Shown one piece after another: positions 29,052 through 38,625 of a DNA stretch of 64,000 bases. Under the pieces are notes generated by a model that worked only from the letters and a program-made list of their open reading frames with translations, had not been told where the DNA came from and did no database searches. Source of the DNA: an uncultured Solirubrobacterales bacterium (GTDB taxonomy: Bacteria > Actinomycetota > Thermoleophilia > Solirubrobacterales > Solirubrobacteraceae); contig CAWBDI010000001.1 of assembly GCA_963787555.1 (NCBI GenBank), forward strand, positions 175,410 through 239,409, in the 5' to 3' direction. Both the position numbers and the translations under genes were made by a program. Every line of letters starts with the position of its first letter. Position 1 is the first letter of the stretch.

Positions 29052-30475
29052 GCACGCTTGATTTGGGAAGCGGGGCCGGGTCGCGCCGGCGCGGCACCGG
29101 CCCGGGCTCGGGAGTCGATCGCGGCAGCGTTACGCACGCCCACCGGGCTCCCAACGGAGCCCGGGCTCCATTCTGCGCGATCGGTCTCGAGGCCTTCGGT
29201 GAGCTCGCGCCGATCAGCCGGCTGAGCGGGCAGGGCCGGGTTCACCGGCCCGCGAACACGCCCCGGGCGCTTGCTGGCGGACCGATCGTCGTCAAGCTGT
29301 ATCGCCGCTCGCCGCCGCCTGCCGCGGCGCAGGTGCTCGCCGAGATGGTCGCTTGGAAGCGGTCGCTGGAAGAGACGCAGCGCCTGCGGCTCGCGCACCT
29401 GGCCGCGTGGCCGCTGGCGGTCGTCACCTCCGGCGGACAGCCGGTGGGAATCGCGATGCCGGACGTCAGCGAGCGCTTCGCGGTGCCGTTCGTGATGCCG
29501 AGCGGTCGCCGCCCGCACGTGCTGCTGGCGCTCGAGCACCTGCTGGGAGGGGATGCCTATCTGCAGATGCGGGGCCTGGACGTGCGGCTCGACACCGCGA
29601 GGCGAGCGCTGATTGCCGAGCGAATCAGCATGGCGCTCGCGTTTCTGCACCGTCACGCGATCGTCGCGAGCGACCTCGCGCCGAGCAACCTCCTGGTCTC
29701 GTTTGGCGCCCAGGGCCCAGCGGTGTGCTTCATCGACTGCGACTCGATGGTGTTCCGCGGCCGCCAGGCGCTGGCGTCGGTGGAGACCGGCGACTGGAAC
29801 ATCCCGGCGGGATTCTCCGAGCTGGCTCGTACCCGCGGCGCCGATGCGTACAAGTTGGGCCTCGTGGTGCTCCGCCTGTTTGCCCGCTCCCACGACGCGC
29901 GCGCGGTGGAGCCCCACCGGGACGACGTGCCCGCGCAGCTGCGCCCGCTGCTCTCGCGCGCGCTCGCGCCGGACGCCGCAAACCGCCCGCCGGCGGGCGA
30001 GTGGCAGCGCGCGCTCCGCCAGCTGCTCGCCGATCGGCACATCAACGAGCGCTACCCGGGACCCGCTCCCCGCGAGCCCGTCGCGAGCGCTCGACCACCC
30101 ACCGCGCGCGCGAATGCCCGGCCGCTCACCGCGCGCCCGAGCGCTCGGCCGCTCACCACGCCCGCGAGCGCTCCCGGAATCATGGCCTCCGCGCGACCGT
30201 CCCCACACGCGTCCGCGCCGATCGGGGCACGGCGGACCGTCGCGATCCTCTGGATCCTCGCCGGGACCGTGGTGCTGTTCCTGCTGCTGTCGCGGCTGTT
30301 CGCGGCCGCGATTCCACAGGGCATCGAAGGTGGCGCTACCGGGGTGGGCGGGGGCGCGGGCGGCGGCGTCCCCTACACCTACCGGTACTCCTACCCGCCG
30401 CCGGGTGGGGGGCAGTTCCGGGGCGCGGGGCAAGCGCTGTTCCCCGGCGGGGGGCAAGGCACGCAGTCCCCGTAG
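29048..30475 (+). CDS. Ser/Thr protein kinase-like protein with C-terminal TM
   Basis: Gly loop SGQGRV, VVKLY lysine, catalytic SDLAPSNLL, FIDCDS in place of DFG, DAYKLGL; Pro/Ala linker then TM VAILWILAGTVVLFLLL; ATG overlaps phosphatase stop. Confidence 0.82.
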   Translation: MSTLDLGSGAGSRRRGTGPGSGVDRGSVTHAHRAPNGARAPFCAIGLEAFGELAPISRLSGQGRVHRPANTPRALAGGPIVVKLYRRSPPPAAAQVLAEMVAWKRSLEETQRLRLAHLAAWPLAVVTSGGQPVGIAMPDVSERFAVPFVMPSGRRPHVLLALEHLLGGDAYLQMRGLDVRLDTARRALIAERISMALAFLHRHAIVASDLAPSNLLVSFGAQGPAVCFIDCDSMVFRGRQALASVETGDWNIPAGFSELARTRGADAYKLGLVVLRLFARSHDARAVEPHRDDVPAQLRPLLSRALAPDAANRPPAGEWQRALRQLLADRHINERYPGPAPREPVASARPPTARANARPLTARPSARPLTTPASAPGIMASARPSPHASAPIGARRTVAILWILAGTVVLFLLLSRLFAAAIPQGIEGGATGVGGGAGGGVPYTYRYSYPPPGGGQFRGAGQALFPGGGQGTQSP

Positions 30476-30502
30476 CGCCCCCAGAGCCCCTCGCGAGGAT
30501 GG

Positions 30503-30519
30503 CTTACGGAGACCTTACG
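30503..30519 (+). promoter_or_regulatory. Direct-repeat box CTTACG-N5-CTTACG
   Basis: Perfect hexamer repeat at 11 bp spacing just after the kinase stop. Confidence 0.55.
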
Positions 30520-30789
30520 CCTGCTTCCTAGACTCCGGCTCATGTCGTTTCGGCGTCCTCAGATGGAGGTCATGGAGGACGGGACGAGGCACCCCTGCAC
30601 CACGTCCGGTTGTCGCCGCCTCTCAGTTCGCCGATCGGCTGCGACGAAGTGCGCCTCGTCGCAGAGCGGGCTACCCCCCGCAATCCGAGGCACCGGCGGC
30701 GGCCTGGACCGCGACTCCCATCCTGAGCCGCTCGCCGGTACCTTGGGCTCTTAGCACAGCGCGGGCGGGTTACGCGATACTGCAATGGC

Positions 30790-32715
30790 GTGAGCGAACC
30801 GCAGCTGTTGTGGAGCCCCTCTGAGGAGTGGATCGAACGGGCCACGGTGACCCGATATCAAGCGTGGCTCGGTGAGCGCCACAACCTGCGCTTCGACAGC
30901 TACGAGGAGCTCTGGAGATGGTCGGTCGACGACCTCGAGGCGTTCTGGGCCTCGATCGTCGAGTTCTTCAACGTTCGCTTCGAGGTTCCCTCAGAGGTGG
31001 TGCTGGGCGACCCCCAGATGCCGGGGGCGCAGTGGTTCCCGGGCGCTCGCATCAGCTACGCGGAGCACATCTTCCGCGACAAGGATCCCGATGCGGTCGC
31101 GCTGCGAGCCGCGTCGGAGCTGCAGTCGCTCAGCGAGTGGACCTGGGATCGGCTGCGCTCGGAGGCCGCCGCGATCGCTTCTGGGTTGCGCTCCGAAGGC
31201 GTCGAAGCGGGAGATCGCGTCGCCGCCTACATGCCGAACATTCCGGAGACGGTCGCGGCGCTGCTGGCGTGCTCCTCGATCGGAGCGATCTGGTCCTCGG
31301 CCGCGCCCGAGTTCGGCGCCCGCAGCGTAATCGACCGCTTCGCCCAGATCGAACCGAAGGTGTTGCTGGCGATCGATGGCTATAGGTACGGCGGCAAGGA
31401 CTTCGACAGAAGCGCGATGGTGGAGGAGATCGCGGGCTCGATTCCGTCGCTGCGGCGCGTGGTGAGGCTCTCCTACCTCGAAGGGGGCGGCTGGGAGGAC
31501 GGATTTCTCGGCCCCGACCCGCTCGAATTCGCACAGCTGCCGTTCGACCATCCGTTGTGGGTGCTGTACAGCTCGGGCACCACTGGGCTGCCCAAGCCGA
31601 TCGTCCACAGCGCCGGAGGCATCCTGCTGGAGCAGATCAAGTCGACTTACCTGCACCTCGATGCCCAGGCCGGCGACCGCCTGTTCTGGTTCTCGACCAC
31701 CGGCTGGATGATGTGGAACTTCCTTGTCGGCGTGCTGCTGAGCGAAGCCTCGATCGTGCTGTACGACGGCAACCCCGGGTATCCGGATCTGGGCACGCTT
31801 TGGAGCCTCGCCGCCGACACCGAGATGACCTGCTTGGGCACCAGCGCCGCGTTTATCGCGGGTTGCATGAAGGCCTCAGTGACGCCGCGCGAGGGCCGCG
31901 ACCTGAGCGCGCTACGCTCGGTCGGCTCGACCGGCTCGCCGCTTGCCCCCGAGGGCTTCCAGTGGATCTACGATCAGCTGGGCGCCGATACGTGGCTGTT
32001 CTCCACTTCCGGCGGTACCGACCTGTGCACCGCGTTCGTCGGCGGCGTGCCGACGCTGCCGGTGTACTTGGGCGAGCTGCAGGGCCGGATGCTGGGAGCA
32101 TCGGTGGAGGCATGGGATCCCTCTGGCCAGCCGCTGGTCGGCGAGGTGGGCGAGCTCGTGATCACCAAGCCGATGCCATCGATGCCGATCTTCTTCTGGG
32201 GCGATGAGGATGGGTCCCGATACCGCGAGAGCTACTTCGAGCAGTACCCGGGTATCTGGCGCCATGGCGACTGGATAGAGATCACCCCACGCGGGACCGC
32301 GATCATCTACGGGCGCTCTGACTCGACGATCAACCGGGGCGGGATCCGGATGGGGACCAGCGAGATCTACCGCGCGGTGCTCTCGGTTGAAGATGTGCTC
32401 GACGCGCTCGTCGTCGATGTGCCCAAGGAAGGCACCGATGGCTGGATGCCGATGTTCGTGGTGCTCCGCGAGGGAGCTGAGCTGGACGACGACTTGACCA
32501 AGACGATTCGCACCCGGATCCGCGAGGACTGCTCTCCTCGCCACGTGCCCGACGAGATCCAACAGATCTCCGAGGTTCCCCGGACACTGTCGGGCAAAGT
32601 GCTCGAGGTCCCCGTGAAGCGAATCCTGATGGGCGTGCCGGCCGATCAAGCCGCGAGCCGAGAGTCGCTCGCGAACCCCGAGGCGCTCGACTACTTCGTC
32701 GAGCTGAAAAGCTAG
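30790..32715 (+). CDS. Acetoacetyl-CoA synthetase
   Basis: YSSGTTGLPKPIVH, STTGWMMWN, STSGGTD, WRHGDW, GRSDSTINRGGIRMGTSEIY. Confidence 0.93.
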   Translation: MSEPQLLWSPSEEWIERATVTRYQAWLGERHNLRFDSYEELWRWSVDDLEAFWASIVEFFNVRFEVPSEVVLGDPQMPGAQWFPGARISYAEHIFRDKDPDAVALRAASELQSLSEWTWDRLRSEAAAIASGLRSEGVEAGDRVAAYMPNIPETVAALLACSSIGAIWSSAAPEFGARSVIDRFAQIEPKVLLAIDGYRYGGKDFDRSAMVEEIAGSIPSLRRVVRLSYLEGGGWEDGFLGPDPLEFAQLPFDHPLWVLYSSGTTGLPKPIVHSAGGILLEQIKSTYLHLDAQAGDRLFWFSTTGWMMWNFLVGVLLSEASIVLYDGNPGYPDLGTLWSLAADTEMTCLGTSAAFIAGCMKASVTPREGRDLSALRSVGSTGSPLAPEGFQWIYDQLGADTWLFSTSGGTDLCTAFVGGVPTLPVYLGELQGRMLGASVEAWDPSGQPLVGEVGELVITKPMPSMPIFFWGDEDGSRYRESYFEQYPGIWRHGDWIEITPRGTAIIYGRSDSTINRGGIRMGTSEIYRAVLSVEDVLDALVVDVPKEGTDGWMPMFVVLREGAELDDDLTKTIRTRIREDCSPRHVPDEIQQISEVPRTLSGKVLEVPVKRILMGVPADQAASRESLANPEALDYFVELKS

Positions 32716-32831
32716 GCCACGCCGTCAGGCGGCGGCGAGTTTCTTACGCTTCTCTGAGCTTCGGCCGAGAAGATGCATGGCACAGGCGGCTGGGATGTCC
32801 GGCCGCCCGGCCATCTGCAGGAGTCACCACT

Positions 32832-33557
32832 TTGCAGGTCAACATCAAGCGCAAGCTCGCGATCGGGACCACCGCGCTCGCCGCGGCCGCCTTTGCCGGC
32901 GGCGCCTACGCTGCCACGCAGGAGCCGGGAGCCACAACCCGTCAGGCGTTTCTGAACGACGTCGCCAAGCGGCTCAACGTAAATCCCGCACAGCTGAGCG
33001 CGGCGCTTCGTGGCGCGCTCGACGATCAGCTGCAAGCCGCGGTCGCCGCCGGCAAGCTCACGCAAGCGCAGGCGGACGCGATCAAGCAGCGGATCCAGAA
33101 TGGCGGGGCGCAGCCGAGAGGATTGTGGTTCGGACAGCGACCGCCCGGCCCCCCGCACGTGGCCGTTGGAGGGTTCGGGTTGACCGCAGCCGCCAAATAC
33201 CTGGGCCTGAGCGAGCGCCAGCTCCTCGACCAGCTGTCGGCCGGTAAGACCCTCGACCAGGTCGCCAAGGCGCGCGGCAAATCGGTCGCGGGACTCGAGA
33301 GCGCGCTCAGCTCCGCGCTGCGGTCCCGGCTCCAGAAGGCGGTTGCCGACAAGCAGATCACCAGCGCGCAAGAGCAGCAGATCCTGAGCGGCCTCTCGCA
33401 GCGCCTAAACCAGGAGATCAACGGCACTTATCCCGGTCCGGGGTTCCGAATGCACGGCAGCTTCCGCAGCTCGCACCGTCCCCTTGGCCCGCCCGCAGGG
33501 CCCGGAGCGGTGGCGCCCGGCTCGCCGCCAGCGCCTCCATCGGGGCCGGCTTACTGA
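32832..33557 (+). CDS. Secreted alpha-helical hypothetical protein
   Basis: Signal peptide ending AYAA; repeated GKLTQAQADAI / KQITSAQEQQI helices; AGGAG SD before TTG. Confidence 0.7.
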   Translation: MQVNIKRKLAIGTTALAAAAFAGGAYAATQEPGATTRQAFLNDVAKRLNVNPAQLSAALRGALDDQLQAAVAAGKLTQAQADAIKQRIQNGGAQPRGLWFGQRPPGPPHVAVGGFGLTAAAKYLGLSERQLLDQLSAGKTLDQVAKARGKSVAGLESALSSALRSRLQKAVADKQITSAQEQQILSGLSQRLNQEINGTYPGPGFRMHGSFRSSHRPLGPPAGPGAVAPGSPPAPPSGPAY

Positions 33558-33658
33558 GCTCTTACGCTCTTCTTCTCAGCCTCTGAAAGGTTTCTCACAG
33601 GGGCCTGCTGTACTGAACTTGAGATTTCAGCTACGCGCATCAGGAGAGCAAACTGACC

Positions 33659-34771
33659 ATGAAGACCCTCAGCCGTCTGATTCCAGTGATCGGCGGCGCC
33701 GTGGCAGGGGGAGTCATCGCGTTGATAGTCGCCAGCGGCGGCGCTTCGACTCACTCGGTCACGACGACCGTCGTCCAGCCATCCAGCCCGTCGACGATCC
33801 CCACGTCGCTCAGCTCCGGCCGTGGCATGACCGTCAATCAGATCTATCGCTCCGCCAGCTCGGGAGTGGTGGACATCGACGTGACCGAGCAGGCCCCGAA
33901 TCAGGGCGGGGGCGGCTTTGGCTTCGGCGGCCCCGGCGGCGGATCGCAGCAGTCGCAAGGCGAAGGCGCGGGCGTGGTCTACGACAAGAAGGGCGACATC
34001 CTCACCGATGAGCACGTCGTCGCGAACGCCTCCTCGGTGACGGTCCACTTCCAGGACGGTCTGCAGGCCTCCGCGAAGGTGCTCGGCAGCGACGCCTCAA
34101 CCGACGTGGCGGTGATTCGCGTCAGCGTTCCCGCCTCCGAGCTTCATCCAATTCCGTTTGCGGACTCCTCGCAGGCCCAGGTCGGCGACCCGGTTGTCGC
34201 GATCGGCAGCCCCTTCAGCCTCCCCGAGACGACGACCGCGGGGATCGTGAGCGCCACCGGCCGTAGCATCACCGCGCCGAACAACTACACGATCGCAGGC
34301 GCGATCCAGACCGACGCGGCGATCAACCCGGGCAACTCCGGCGGACCGCTGCTTGATGCGAACGCCCACGTCCTCGGCCTGAACGATCAGATCCAGACCA
34401 ACTCCGGCTCGAGCGCCGGCGTCGGCTTCGCCACCCCATCCAACGAGGACGCGCGAATCGCCAACGCGATCATCGCGGGCAGCCCGGTCAAGCATGCCTA
34501 CGTCGGCGTCCAGCTGAACGGCAGCTCGACGGGCGGCGCCGGTATCAGCGCAGTGTCGCCCGGCTCGCCCGCCCAGAACGCGGGGCTCCAGGCGGGCGAG
34601 GTGATCACCGCGGTGAACGGCACCGCGATCAGCTCAACCGAGCAGTTCATCGCCACGGTCGACAACTACTCCCCGGGCACGACGATCACGCTCACCGTCA
34701 AGAGCGGCGGCGCGAGCAAGAACGTCAAGGTGACGCTCGGGACCCGTCCGAACGCGCCGAGCACGGGCTAA
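33659..34771 (+). CDS. htrA: HtrA/DegP-family serine protease with PDZ domain
   Basis: LTDEHVV, TDVAV, IQTDAAINPGNSGGPL catalytic triad motifs; C-terminal PDZ. Confidence 0.92.
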   Translation: MKTLSRLIPVIGGAVAGGVIALIVASGGASTHSVTTTVVQPSSPSTIPTSLSSGRGMTVNQIYRSASSGVVDIDVTEQAPNQGGGGFGFGGPGGGSQQSQGEGAGVVYDKKGDILTDEHVVANASSVTVHFQDGLQASAKVLGSDASTDVAVIRVSVPASELHPIPFADSSQAQVGDPVVAIGSPFSLPETTTAGIVSATGRSITAPNNYTIAGAIQTDAAINPGNSGGPLLDANAHVLGLNDQIQTNSGSSAGVGFATPSNEDARIANAIIAGSPVKHAYVGVQLNGSSTGGAGISAVSPGSPAQNAGLQAGEVITAVNGTAISSTEQFIATVDNYSPGTTITLTVKSGGASKNVKVTLGTRPNAPSTG

Positions 34772-34786
34772 GCCCTCCGACCCCCT

Positions 34787-34860
34787 GGAGCCGGCCGTCT
34801 GGTCGGCTCCTCACCCCCACCCGCGGAGCCGGCCGGGCGCTTACGTGCTGGCCGGCTCCG
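34787..34860. terminator. Two GC-rich hairpins between convergent htrA and pit
   Basis: GGAGCCG/CGGCTCC (34787-34810) and CGGAGCCGGCC/GGCCGGCTCCG (34824-34860). Confidence 0.6.
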
Positions 34861-35938
34861 TCACGCGGGCTCGGCGGCCCGCGATGAGAGCTCCCAGCAG
34901 GCCCACGGTGAGAATCGTGAGCAGCACTGGACCGAGTACCCCGGCGCCGAACAGATCCGCCAGCCAGTAGGCGCAGGCGGCCAGCAGCGCCGCGCCGGGA
35001 AGCGTCAGCGTCCACGCGAGCGCGATGTTGCCTGCGATCCCCCAGCGGACGGCGGACAGCCGTTTGGCAGCCCCGGCGCCGACAATTCCTCCAGAGATCA
35101 CCTGGGTGGTGGAGAGCGGGTATCCGAAGTGCGAGGAGAGCAGGATCACCACCGCGCCCGCTCCTTCCGCCGCGAATCCCTGGGCGACGTCCATCTTGAT
35201 GATCCGGCTGCCGACGGTGCGGATGATGCGCCACCCGCCGGCGTAGGTGCCCAGCCCGATCGCCGAGGCGGCACTGATCACGACCCACGCCGGGACGTGG
35301 AAATGGTGGGCGTCGAGATCGCCGTGGGCGACCAGCGCGAGCGCGATCACGCCCATCGTCTTCTGGGCGTCGTTGGTGCCGTGGGAAACCGCCAGCAGCG
35401 AACCGGAGATCACCTGCCCGAACCTGAAGCTGCGCCTCACGCCTCCCGGCCGGCGTCGCGCGACCAGGCGGTAGATCAACAAGATCGCCACGCCCGCGAC
35501 CGCAAACGCCGCCAGCGGCGCGACCAGCGCCGGCAGGATCACCTTATCTAGCAGCCCGCCGACGTTCACTCCGGAGCCGATCGACGCGAGCATCGCGCCG
35601 ACGACACCCCCGATCAGGGCGTGCGAGGAGCTCGATGGCAGACCGTAAGCCCAGGTGATGAGGTTCCACGCGATCGCGCCGACCAGCCCGGCGAACGCGA
35701 TCGTCTCGGTCACCTTGGCGGTGTCGACGATTCCGGTCGCGATCGTCGCGGCCACCTTCAGCGAGATGAACGCGCCGGCGAAGTTGAGCACCGCCGCGAT
35801 CGCCACCGCCTTCCGTGGCGACAGGGCCCCGGTTGAGATCGAGGATGCGATCGCGGTGGCGGTGTCATGGAACCCGTTGGTGAAATCGAACCCCAGCGCA
35901 GCCGCGATCACCAGACCGAGCAGCAGGTCGCTGTGCAT
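34841..35938 (-). CDS. pit: Inorganic phosphate transporter (PiT family)
   Basis: FDFTNGFHDTA and SHGTNDAQKTMG signature repeats; PSSSSHALIGG; ATG 35938. Confidence 0.93.
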   Translation of the reverse strand: MHSDLLLGLVIAAALGFDFTNGFHDTATAIASSISTGALSPRKAVAIAAVLNFAGAFISLKVAATIATGIVDTAKVTETIAFAGLVGAIAWNLITWAYGLPSSSSHALIGGVVGAMLASIGSGVNVGGLLDKVILPALVAPLAAFAVAGVAILLIYRLVARRRPGGVRRSFRFGQVISGSLLAVSHGTNDAQKTMGVIALALVAHGDLDAHHFHVPAWVVISAASAIGLGTYAGGWRIIRTVGSRIIKMDVAQGFAAEGAGAVVILLSSHFGYPLSTTQVISGGIVGAGAAKRLSAVRWGIAGNIALAWTLTLPGAALLAACAYWLADLFGAGVLGPVLLTILTVGLLGALIAGRRARVTEPAST

Positions 35939-35973
35939 GAAGCCGCTCGCGCCTGGCGACTTCGGGCCGAGCC

Positions 35974-38109
35974 CTAACTCGCCGCGCTCGCGGCCTGGGC
36001 CAAGGATCGCTCCATCAGCTCGCGGTGCACGGCGCGGGTACCGCCTGACCGGCGGGTCCAGCTGCCGTCGGAGTGGAGCGTCCAAGAGAACGTGTCATCG
36101 GCGAGACACCGCTCGAGCGTGTCCTCGAGCTCGAGCTGAAGCTCTGGCTCGTCAACCGGCGCGAGCAGCTCGACCCGCGTGTCGAGGTTGCGCGGCATCA
36201 GGTCCGCCGAGCCGATGTAGTAGACGTGTTCCTCGCCGCGGTGGAACGAGTAGATGCGCGAGTGCTCGAGGAAGCGCCCCACGACCGAGACCACGTTGAT
36301 CGTCTCGCTGACGCCCGGAATGCCCGGGATCAGGCAGCATATCCCGCGTACGTTGAGATCGATCGGCACGCCCGCCTGCGAGGCCCGGTAGAGCGCCTCG
36401 ATACAGCGCTGGTCGACGAGCGAGTTCATCTTCATCGCGATCCGGGCGGGCTCGCCAGCCTGATGAGCGCGGACCGTTTCCTCGATCTCCTCGATCAGTG
36501 GCTCGCGCATCGACGAGGGGGCCACCAGGACCTTGCGCTGGCGCTCGGGATGGCCGTAACCGGTCAACGTGTTGAACAGGTTCGCGACCTCCTCGCCAAT
36601 CTCGCGATCGGTCGTGAACAGCCCAAAGTCCTCGTACAGGCGGGCGTTCTTGGCGTGGAAGTTGCCGGTCCCAATCATCACGTAGTGGCGCACACCGTCG
36701 CCTTCGCGACGCACGATCAGGATCGCCTTGGCGTGTGTCTTCAGACCGGGGATCCCATGGACCACGTGCGCTCCGACTTCCTCCAGCGCCCGTGACCAGC
36801 GAATGTTCCGGCGCTCGTCAAAGCGGGCCTTCAGCTCCACCAGGCACACCGCCTGCTTACCCCTCTCCGATGCCTCGATCAGCGCCGGGACGAGCGCGGA
36901 GTCGTCGGAGGTCCGGTACACGGTCATCTTGATCGCGAGCACGTCGGGGTCCTCGGCGGCCTGATGAACCAGGCGCTCGAGGCTGGTCGCGAACGAGTGA
37001 TACGGATAGTGAACGAGGATGTCCCCGGCGCGCATCGAGGAGAACACGTCTGGTCCTTCGTCGCTCTCGCCGCGCGGGGTCTCGAACGACGGGTGGGTGA
37101 GCGGTGTCCACGGCGCTTGGCGCAGATCGGAATGGCCGTTGATGCCGGCGAGCTCCCAGAGATCGCCGAGGTCGAGCATGCCATCGACGTCGTAGACCTG
37201 AAGCTCGTCGACGCCGAGCCAATCGATCAGCCTGCTCCGGAGCGCCGGGTCCATCGCGGCCCCCACCTCGAGTCGCACCACCTCGCCGAATCGCCGCCGG
37301 CGGAGCTCGTCCTCGACCGCTTGGAGGAGATCGTTGGCCTCGTCGGAGACCTCGAAGTCCGCGTCGCGAGTAACGCGGAAGAGGTTGTAGCTGATGATCT
37401 CCATTCCCGGGAACAGGACATCGAGGTTGGCCGCGATGATCTCCTCGAGCGGGATGAAGGTGTCCTTGTCGGTCACGATGAACCTCGGCAGAACCTCCTT
37501 GGGCACCTTCACCCTCGCGTACGCGTCGTGCTCGAGCGCCGGATCTCGCAGGCGAACGATCAAGCTCAACGAGAGATTCGAGATGTACGGAAACGGCCTT
37601 CCCGGACCGATCGCCAGCGGAGTCAGAACGGGGAAGATCTGCTCGCGGAACTGGCGCTGGATCACTTCGGCGGACGCGTCCGATTCCTTGCAGGTGACGA
37701 TCTTGATCCCGTGCTCCGCGAGCTCCGGCCGGATCACCTCGGAGAACTGCCGGGCATGCCGGCGGTCAAGCGCGCGCACCTTGCTGGCGATGCCTTCGAG
37801 CGTCGCCGAGGGAGGAAGCCCGTCGGGTCCGCGGGCGTCGATCCTCGCATCGAGCTGATCGTGCACGCCGGCGACGCGGATCATGAAGAACTCGTCCAGG
37901 TTGCTGACGAAGATCGCGAGGAATTTGAGCCGCTCAATCAGCGGCAGCGATTCGTCTTCGGCCAGTTGCAGGACGCGGTCGTTGAAGTCAAGCCACGACA
38001 GCTCGCGATTGATGTAGAGCGCGGGGTCGGTGAGGTCGCCTCGCTCCGAAACCCGGCCGTCGACGGCGAGGGCCTCCGCTTGCATCGACTGGATACCGGG
38101 CTCGCTCAT
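35974..38109 (-). CDS. ppk1: Polyphosphate kinase 1
   Basis: YINRELSWLDFNDRVL, NLDEFFMIRVAG, HYPYHSF, ELKARFDE, KTHAK, GRFLEHSR, SADLMPRNLDTRVE. Confidence 0.96.
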   Translation of the reverse strand: MSEPGIQSMQAEALAVDGRVSERGDLTDPALYINRELSWLDFNDRVLQLAEDESLPLIERLKFLAIFVSNLDEFFMIRVAGVHDQLDARIDARGPDGLPPSATLEGIASKVRALDRRHARQFSEVIRPELAEHGIKIVTCKESDASAEVIQRQFREQIFPVLTPLAIGPGRPFPYISNLSLSLIVRLRDPALEHDAYARVKVPKEVLPRFIVTDKDTFIPLEEIIAANLDVLFPGMEIISYNLFRVTRDADFEVSDEANDLLQAVEDELRRRRFGEVVRLEVGAAMDPALRSRLIDWLGVDELQVYDVDGMLDLGDLWELAGINGHSDLRQAPWTPLTHPSFETPRGESDEGPDVFSSMRAGDILVHYPYHSFATSLERLVHQAAEDPDVLAIKMTVYRTSDDSALVPALIEASERGKQAVCLVELKARFDERRNIRWSRALEEVGAHVVHGIPGLKTHAKAILIVRREGDGVRHYVMIGTGNFHAKNARLYEDFGLFTTDREIGEEVANLFNTLTGYGHPERQRKVLVAPSSMREPLIEEIEETVRAHQAGEPARIAMKMNSLVDQRCIEALYRASQAGVPIDLNVRGICCLIPGIPGVSETINVVSVVGRFLEHSRIYSFHRGEEHVYYIGSADLMPRNLDTRVELLAPVDEPELQLELEDTLERCLADDTFSWTLHSDGSWTRRSGGTRAVHRELMERSLAQAASAAS

Positions 38110-38552
38110 GCCACCCGCTCGTCGGCAAACGCGATCGCCGCCAGGTCGACGGGACGCAGCAGGGCCATCAGCTCGCCCTTGGCGACGCCGGCGACGGCGC
38201 CCTTCTTCAGCCTTGCCTGGGTTCCAGTCAAGTCGTGAAGCGTAAGCGAGAACGAGGGATCGTGCCCAACGAGCAGCACATCGCCGAGGCCCGCGGTCAA
38301 GGAATGGACGTCGAACGGTTCTCCCGCCAGCGCCGGCTCGATCGTAACCGGCACTCCGAGCGGTTCGCAGGCGCGCTCGGCGGTCTGGAGGGCGCGCAGC
38401 TTCGGCGAGCTCAAGCACGCGTCGATGTGGGTTCGCAGCACCGCCAACCCGCGTCCGGCAGCGTCCGCCTGGCGCATTCCCCGCTCCGTCAGCGGGCGCT
38501 CGTCATCAGGTACCCCGTCGGCCGCTTCGCCGTGTCGCAGCAACCAAAGCAT
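38106..38552 (-). CDS. sixA: SixA-like histidine phosphatase
   Basis: LLRHGEA, DERPLTERG, SSPKLRALQTA, LLVGHDP. Confidence 0.88.
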   Translation of the reverse strand: MLWLLRHGEAADGVPDDERPLTERGMRQADAAGRGLAVLRTHIDACLSSPKLRALQTAERACEPLGVPVTIEPALAGEPFDVHSLTAGLGDVLLVGHDPSFSLTLHDLTGTQARLKKGAVAGVAKGELMALLRPVDLAAIAFADERVA

Positions 38553-38625
38553 CCTTGAACTGTACGACGCATTGCATGCAATCGCTAGCTGAGCGCTCGG
38601 CATGGTATCTGCATCCCCGCAGCCG

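Noticed and set aside
30542-30754. 70 aa ORF as a firm CDS
   Set aside because: No family match or clear SD; kept only as part of a finding about the upstream box
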